Assembly: GCA_000388065.2 (NCBI GenBank) | Contig: KB932208.1 | From: Fonticula alba ATCC 38817 | Taxonomy: Eukaryota; Protista; Nucleariida | Strand: one strand, 5' to 3' | Length of the DNA: 15,807 bases | Part shown: positions 7,244 through 13,089 of the stretch, piece after piece | Layout of the letters: every line of letters begins with the position of its first letter | Position numbering within the stretch: the stretch's first letter is position 1 | Notes under the pieces: model-generated | Told to the model about the DNA's origin: nothing | Databases searched by the model: none | The model's input: only the letters and a program-made list of their open reading frames with translations | Made by a program: the position numbers and the translations under genes

Positions 7244-10200
7244 CTACCCCCCTGCCCGGCGGGCGGAGCGCCGGACCCCGGCGCGGGAGAGTTCCGCCCG
7301 CTCGGCGGCCAGCTCCCGGGCCTCAAACTGCTCCTGGGCTCGGCGTAGGCGGTCCCGGTCGACCGTATGCACGTAGTAGCTGACCCCGGAGTTGGTCCAC
7401 GACACCCCATCCCGGCGGTGGTAGTCGAAGGTCTGGATGCGGAAGATGGCCGCCGGGTCGTGGATCATGCGCCCGGAGATGTCAATCGTGTCGTCGCACT
7501 CGCCGCCCAGCGGCAAGGACGATGAGGATGATGACACCGAGGACGCCGATGCCGATGCCGCCGCCGCCGCCGCCGCCGTCGGGCCGAGGCTGTCGTCCGA
7601 CTCGGTGGAGCCCGGCCGCGAGGCGGTGCCGGCGCGCGCGCCCCGGGGCCCGCCCCCGGCCTCGGCCCGACGCAAGCGCCGGTACGAGTCGGAGAAGGGC
7701 TGGAAGGACACCACGCGAGCCCCATCGCGCAGGGACAGGAACTGGTCCAGCAGGCCGAGGTTGGTCGGCGGGTCGAAAACCTTGTTGTTGACATACACCA
7801 GGTCCGCCTCGGCCACGGCCTGGGCCGATTCCGCCGACAGGAGGAAGTCCCCCTCCACCAGGCGGAACCGGCCGACCAGCTTGCGGAAGTGCGCGCACCG
7901 GGCGCGCAGCTCGCGCTCCAAGCCCCGGGCATATGCCGCCGGCCGGGGCATGCGCTCGATGCCGAAGCTCCGACACAGGCGCAAGGCCGCCACCATGAAC
8001 ACCACGTTGCCCAGCCCGGAGCCCAGGTCCACAAAGCGCCGGAGCCGCAAGGGGCCCAGGTCGCCGCCGGGCGCCGGGGTGGCCGGGTCGCCCCCCCCCG
8101 GGCCGCCGGGCCTCGATGCCTGGGCGTCCGCCAGGCCCACCGGCGCCGCATGGCGCAAAATGTCCAGCACCAATGCCGGCAAGGTCTCGCCATAGACATC
8201 CGGGCTGAAGCCCTCATACTGGTTGAGGGAGCTCGGGTCGTCCACCACCCGGGAGTAGGACTGCCGCCAAATGTGCACGGCGGTGGTGTAGGACATGGGC
8301 GTCCGGCCGGGCTGGTAGAGGCCGGCACACAGGCGCCGGCGCATGGCGGCATTGAATTCCCCGGCCAGCAGGCGGAGGGCCTCGGCATCGCGCGCCATGG
8401 CCGCATGCTCGACCCGCGCGCGCCAGCCATCGGAAAAGTCGGCCGCCGCCGGGTCGGCCACGAGCTGCCCGGGACAGGCATCCGGCCCCGGGCCCGGGGC
8501 CGCCAGCTGGTCGTACTTCTCCGGCAGGTCGGTCGAAAGGACCAGCAGTGTCTGGGCCAGATCCACCAGCGGGTCGTAGTCGTTCGTGTGCCGGGTGAGC
8601 CGCTCGCACGAGGCCACCGACGGCAGATCCAGCGCACTGGGGGTGGCTCCGCCGGGGCCGCCGCCGCCGCCGCGTGTGGCCAGAAGTGCCAACCGCTGGA
8701 CGAGCGTCAAGTCCACCAGCAGGTAGGGCTCGGCGCTGCCATCCGGCAGAAGAAGCTCCACCCGGATTGGAGCCTGCCCGCCCAGGAGCGCGGCCATGTG
8801 CCGGCCGGCGGCCTCCGGGTCGGTGAGCACGTCGGCAAAGCCCGGGCCCGCCTGGGCCAGCGACGTGCGCACCAGCGCCAGGGTGGTCTCCTCGCTCGAG
8901 AGGAACCCCTCGCGGAGGGGCCCCACCGGGTGCGCGGGGCAGGTGTGGGGCCCGGCCACCGGCACAGCCGGCCTGCTCAGCGCAGGGTCCGGGGTTGGGG
9001 GGGCCTGGGTGGCTTTGGCGGCACTTGACCGGTCGAACACGCGCATCGTCCCCGAGATCGGGGCATTGGAGCCCGCGACGGGCAAGTGCGTGGTGACGAC
9101 TGCCGTGGTGACCGTCTCCTTGGGTTGGCTGCTGCCTGGGAGCTCGTCCGACGCCGGGGGCGAGTAATTCACCGCAAAGGAGGAGAGGTCCGGGACGGGG
9201 GCCCCCTCGCGGGGGGCCGGGTGCTGGGACCCGGGCGACTGCAAGGACGGCGGGCTTCTCGGCTGCTGGAGCTCGAGGGGCGAGCTCCACTGGGTCTGAA
9301 AGTGTGGCGACGGGCTGCGCCGGCCTGGTGACGCCGGCGCCGGCGAGATGCCGCGTCGCTGGCGGACAGGAGGCGAGGGGCTCCGTCGCCGGCGGACAGG
9401 AGGCGAGGGGCTGCGTCGCCGGCGAGAAACCGGCGAGGGGCTGCGACTTCGCCTTGCTGGAGATAGGAGGTCCAAATGGCGGTGATCCTGTGGGCGATCG
9501 CGCCGGCGGTCCGGCGGGTAGCCTGGCCGGTAGGTCCTCCGATGGTCACGGTCACGGCTGCTGTCATCATCGCGGCCTCGCCTGTGATCGTAGTCCTGGA
9601 AGCGCTGGCGACCACTGTGGCTGCTGCTGTGACCGTCGCTGTAACTTCCGCTGTGATCACCGCTGTAACTTGCGCTGTGACCGCCGCTGTGACCGCCGCT
9701 GTGACCGCCGCTGTGGCTGCCATTGTGGCTCGGGCGGCGACCACGCTCATGGTGTCGATCGAAGTTACGATCGGAGTCACGATCGAAGTTGCGATCAAAG
9801 TCACGATCGAAGTTGCGATCAAAGTCACGATCGAAGTTGCGATCAAAGTCACGATCGAAGTCGCGGGCCCGGGCCCGGTCCTGCTGGCGGCCATGACTAT
9901 GGTCGCCCCCCGGCTCCTGGAGGCGACTGTGCTCGATGTCCCGGAGTCGGTGATGCTCAGGTCCCGGAGAACGGGCATGCCATGAGCCCTGGGGACGATC
10001 GCGCTCGCGGCCGGGAGGACGCTCGCCATCGGGAGGGCCATCCCCATGGCGTCCTCGAGACCGTGGCGGCGACCGGGAGCGCCACCGCCGCCGCCGATGG
10101 GAGGCCACCGATGAGAGAGACGAGGAGAAAGGGGAGGAGGAGCCGGAAAAGGGGCCCGCAGGGGACGACCCATCACGGTGACGCCGCTCGGGATCCCTCG

Positions 10201-10300
10201 GCCTGGGAGCCGGACGCCAGCCGAGCCGATCATTCACCGGAGGCGGGTGATCGGGGCGCGGCGGCCCGGGCCGAGGGGGGTGCCCATGCCGGCGCTCCAT
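7244..10300 (-). CDS. DOT1: Histone H3 lysine-79 methyltransferase (DOT1/KMT4 family), 1018 aa, single exon; catalytic domain C-terminal (about 7370-8770)
   Basis: DPSSLNQYEGFSPDVYGET (compare human DOT1L DPEKLNNYEPFSPEVYGET, from memory), SAM-binding motif I FVDLGSGLGNVVFMVA, SFGIE, EGDFL, LVYVNNKVF, GARVVSFQPF and VSWT. First ATG at 10300 (the track's 10306 start is a TTG). Stop TAG at 7246-7244. Confidence 0.95.
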   Translation of the reverse strand: MERRHGHPPRPGPPRPDHPPPVNDRLGWRPAPRPRDPERRHRDGSSPAGPFSGSSSPFSSSLSSVASHRRRRWRSRSPPRSRGRHGDGPPDGERPPGRERDRPQGSWHARSPGPEHHRLRDIEHSRLQEPGGDHSHGRQQDRARARDFDRDFDRNFDRDFDRNFDRDFDRNFDRDSDRNFDRHHERGRRPSHNGSHSGGHSGGHSGGHSASYSGDHSGSYSDGHSSSHSGRQRFQDYDHRRGRDDDSSRDRDHRRTYRPGYPPDRRRDRPQDHRHLDLLSPARRSRSPSPVSRRRRSPSPPVRRRRSPSPPVRQRRGISPAPASPGRRSPSPHFQTQWSSPLELQQPRSPPSLQSPGSQHPAPREGAPVPDLSSFAVNYSPPASDELPGSSQPKETVTTAVVTTHLPVAGSNAPISGTMRVFDRSSAAKATQAPPTPDPALSRPAVPVAGPHTCPAHPVGPLREGFLSSEETTLALVRTSLAQAGPGFADVLTDPEAAGRHMAALLGGQAPIRVELLLPDGSAEPYLLVDLTLVQRLALLATRGGGGGPGGATPSALDLPSVASCERLTRHTNDYDPLVDLAQTLLVLSTDLPEKYDQLAAPGPGPDACPGQLVADPAAADFSDGWRARVEHAAMARDAEALRLLAGEFNAAMRRRLCAGLYQPGRTPMSYTTAVHIWRQSYSRVVDDPSSLNQYEGFSPDVYGETLPALVLDILRHAAPVGLADAQASRPGGPGGGDPATPAPGGDLGPLRLRRFVDLGSGLGNVVFMVAALRLCRSFGIERMPRPAAYARGLERELRARCAHFRKLVGRFRLVEGDFLLSAESAQAVAEADLVYVNNKVFDPPTNLGLLDQFLSLRDGARVVSFQPFSDSYRRLRRAEAGGGPRGARAGTASRPGSTESDDSLGPTAAAAAAASASASSVSSSSSSLPLGGECDDTIDISGRMIHDPAAIFRIQTFDYHRRDGVSWTNSGVSYYVHTVDRDRLRRAQEQFEARELAAERAELSRAGVRRSARRAGG
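9353..9442 (-). repeat. 3 x 30-bp tandem repeat encoding RRRRSPSPPV-type units in the DOT1 N-terminus
   Basis: Units 9353-9382, 9383-9412 and 9413-9442 (the third is diverged). Peptide: RSRSPSPVSRRRRSPSPPVRRRRSPSPPVRQRR. Confidence 0.9.
9614..9718 (-). repeat. Degenerate 12-bp tandem repeat encoding HSGG/YSGD/HSSS units in the DOT1 N-terminus
   Basis: CGCTGTGACCGC-type units on the + strand. Peptide: SHNGSHSGGHSGGHSGGHSASYSGDHSGSYSDGHSSSHS. Confidence 0.85.
9756..9863 (-). repeat. 9 x 12-bp tandem repeat with 24-bp higher-order period, encoding (D/N)FDR
   Basis: + strand units alternate CGATCGAAGTTG and CGATCAAAGTCA. Peptide: DFDR DFDR NFDR DFDR NFDR DFDR NFDR DSDR NFDR. Confidence 0.95.
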
Positions 10301-13089
10301 CGGCAATAAGGAGGAGGAGGGGGGGGGAGGGGGGGGGGGGGGGGAGCCGCGACTACACGCAGGCGCGCGCGGATCTCACCCAGAAGTCAAGAAAGTAAGG
10401 AGAAACAGGAGCGGAGCGGGGGAGAGGAGTGGGCTGCCCCCGGAGGCGCGCCCAGCCTCCGGGGAGGGGCGCTCCCCCTTTTGGGCTACGCATCGCGGGG
10501 GTGCCTTGGGGAGGGCGGGCAGGGGGGGGGGGGGAAGGGGGGCATGCGCAGACTCGCGCAAACGGGGGAAGTCCCGTCGGGCTCGGGGACCCTCGGTCCC
10601 GCGCCAGCCGGAGCACGCCCGCGGTGACTTCCAGCGGGCAGCCGGCCCGGCGCGAGGGATCTCCATCGTCCTCCCTCTCTCGGTCGCCGCCCCCCCTGCC
10701 AGCGAGGTGCGACGGGCGTTGCCTCCTCGTGGCATGGCGCCCTGTTCGCCCGGGGACCGCGTCCCCGGCCTAGGGGGTCGCCGTAGAGCGCGCGATCTCG
10801 CGCGCGCGCGCGCGCGCGCCCGGAGGCCCCGCTCTCCCCTCCCGTGTGTTAGACGCCAGCCGGGGCGCGGCAGGGCGGGGGGGCGGGGGGCTGGCATCAA
10901 GTTTCGAAAAGGGCGGCCCCGGCCCGTACGCGCGCAGTCCCCCCTCCGCCACACCGAGAGATATACCATCACACGCAACACATCGCCCGGCCTGCCGCCG
11001 TTGGCGTCTAGGATGCACGGCCGATGGCTCGCCCGCTCCTTCTGGTGGCGGCGGCGGCGGGCCCCGAGCAACGGCCCCGGGACAACGGCCTGGCGCTTGC
11101 GGTGGGAGCCGGTGGCTCCCCTCCCCCGCCCGGGCTCCCGCCCCCGGGGCAAAGGCGGCCTTCGCGGCGGCGGCGGCGGGGGGGGGGGGACAGCGCCGGG
11201 GCCCCACCGCGGGGTGGGGGCGGGCGGGCGGCGACCGCGGCGGCCCAAAGAAGCAGGGCACGGGGAGAGGGTTCTGATCTGTGCTCATGTGATACGCGAG
11301 GTGAGTGATGGCGCCACCGCCCATGAACCACTGTGGGCGAGGTGGAGTCCCGCCAGCCGCCCCCGCCCGCCCCCCGGTGGGACCAAGCGCGTGTGGAAGG
11401 CCCGGGCCAGCGAATGTGCCCCCGGGGCCCGGCTCTGCCACCAGCGCCGGGGTCCGCGCAGGCTGGCGAGCAAGGGTGCGGCGGGGATGCCCGACCGCCG
11501 ATGCTGTGTGGCGGCCAAATCGGGGCCACCGCAGAGCGGGCGAAGAGGCCCGCTGTTTTGTGCGGGCACAGCATCCTGGCGACACGCGGCAGGGCCGCGG
11601 CGATCCCAGCCCGTTCCCCGGGTTGCTCCTCGGGTGTGGTGGGTCTTTGCTCTCAGGCGGGGGGGGCGCCGGTGTACAGGGCTGCATTTTCGCAGGGCGG
11701 CGATGCGTCCCATGCCACCGACAGGAGGCCACATCCGCCGGAGAGGGCTGCCTCCCTGCCCGGCCGGCGGGGGATCTGCCTGGCGGGGCGCGAGGGCCAA
11801 GCAGGTGCCCGGCCCCGAGGGTGGCCTGGTGCGGGGGTCCCCCCCCCCCCCCCCCTCGCCGGCGTGTACGGGGTGCTGGGGCGATCCGGCTGCCGGGCTG
11901 CCGGGCTGCCGGGGGAGCTCGCATTGTCCGGGCCCTGCTGCCGACACACGCCCGGCACTGCCTGCAAGGCTTGCCGCCGGGGCGGCCTCGAGCCGCTGCC
12001 CGGACAGCTGGCCGCCTTCTTCTCCTCCAGTGGCTGCCGGTCCGCATACGAGGCCAAAAGCCAAGCATGCTGGAGGGGCCGGCCCGGGCGCTGGAGCCCG
12101 CTGATGTCCCTCCCAGTGCCATCTCCAGTGTCGGGTCCGGCCCCGGCGAATGGCCCCTGCTCCGGGCAGTGGCTCCGGGCAGTGGACCCAACCCGATGCC
12201 CGCGCGGCGCTCTGGGGACTGGCTCCGGTGACAGCTCCTCCAAAGAGCCATGGGCTGGGGGCCTCCCGGTCCGCCCAAATACACGGCCGGCATGAGGGGG
12301 TGCCCGGGAGACTGCCTTCGCGCGCGAAGCAAATGGACCACATGTGCGCATCCCCCTCCCCCCGAGGCAGCGGCAGTTGGCGAGAGACATGCCTTTGCCT
12401 GGATTGGAGGGGTAGATGGGGCCAGGCGCGCGCGCGCGCGTGCGCGCGCGGAGGCTCACGGCCAAGAGGCCGCTTCCTCCATCTCGACCAGCAAACCACC
12501 GATCCACACGGGGCGAGACACAGGGGCATTGCCCACTCGATGCCCCACGGCCGGGAGCGACGTGCGCAGCAGGTCCCCATGGCCACACCGCTGCCCGTGT
12601 GAGGCCCGGCGAGTGGGGCCCACAATCCGGCCGCATGGCCGCTCTCGAGGATTGCATGCCACGGGGCTTTGTCGACGACGAGGGGCCAGAGCGAGCGAGT
12701 GGGCCCAAGTGCATTGTCTGTCCCTCGGGGAAGGCCTCGCCCGAGGGTGTCTCCCACCATGCCACGCCCATGCCATCCGCCGGAGCCAGGCATCTGTCGA
12801 GACCCGGCCAGACGAGGGCGAGGGCACGGCACCTGAAAGGGGGCCACCCCCAGCCCGGCCTGGTGGGGGGCCAGGAAGCGCCGAAGGAAGGCCAAGCAGG
12901 GGCCACCGCATGGCCGGCCGTCCGGCCACCGCACGGCCCCGCTCACAAGGGCCATGCAATTGGGGGTCGGCGGAGAGGGGGGGGGGGGCGAAACGGAGGC
13001 AAGGGCCAAAGGAAGTATATTGTGTGCATGCACCCGTGCATGTGGCTTGACACAGAGCGACACAGCCCCCGGGCGCGGGCGCCAGAGCA

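Noticed and set aside
9756-9863. CRISPR-like array
   Set aside because: The units are contiguous with no unique spacers, lie in frame inside a eukaryotic CDS, and have no cas genes nearby. The same applies to the 14770-14942 array.
10301-10380. TTG start at 10306 and a GTGAGA donor-like site at 10379 upstream of DOT1
   Set aside because: An ATG lies two codons after the TTG. No suitably placed YAG acceptor follows the donor-like site before the ATG, so no intron can be supported.
7437-10398. + strand ORFs and alternative-frame ORFs over DOT1 (e.g. 9476..9985 with VTIEVAIK repeats)
   Set aside because: They are antisense or off-frame readings of the DOT1 CDS and its tandem repeats.
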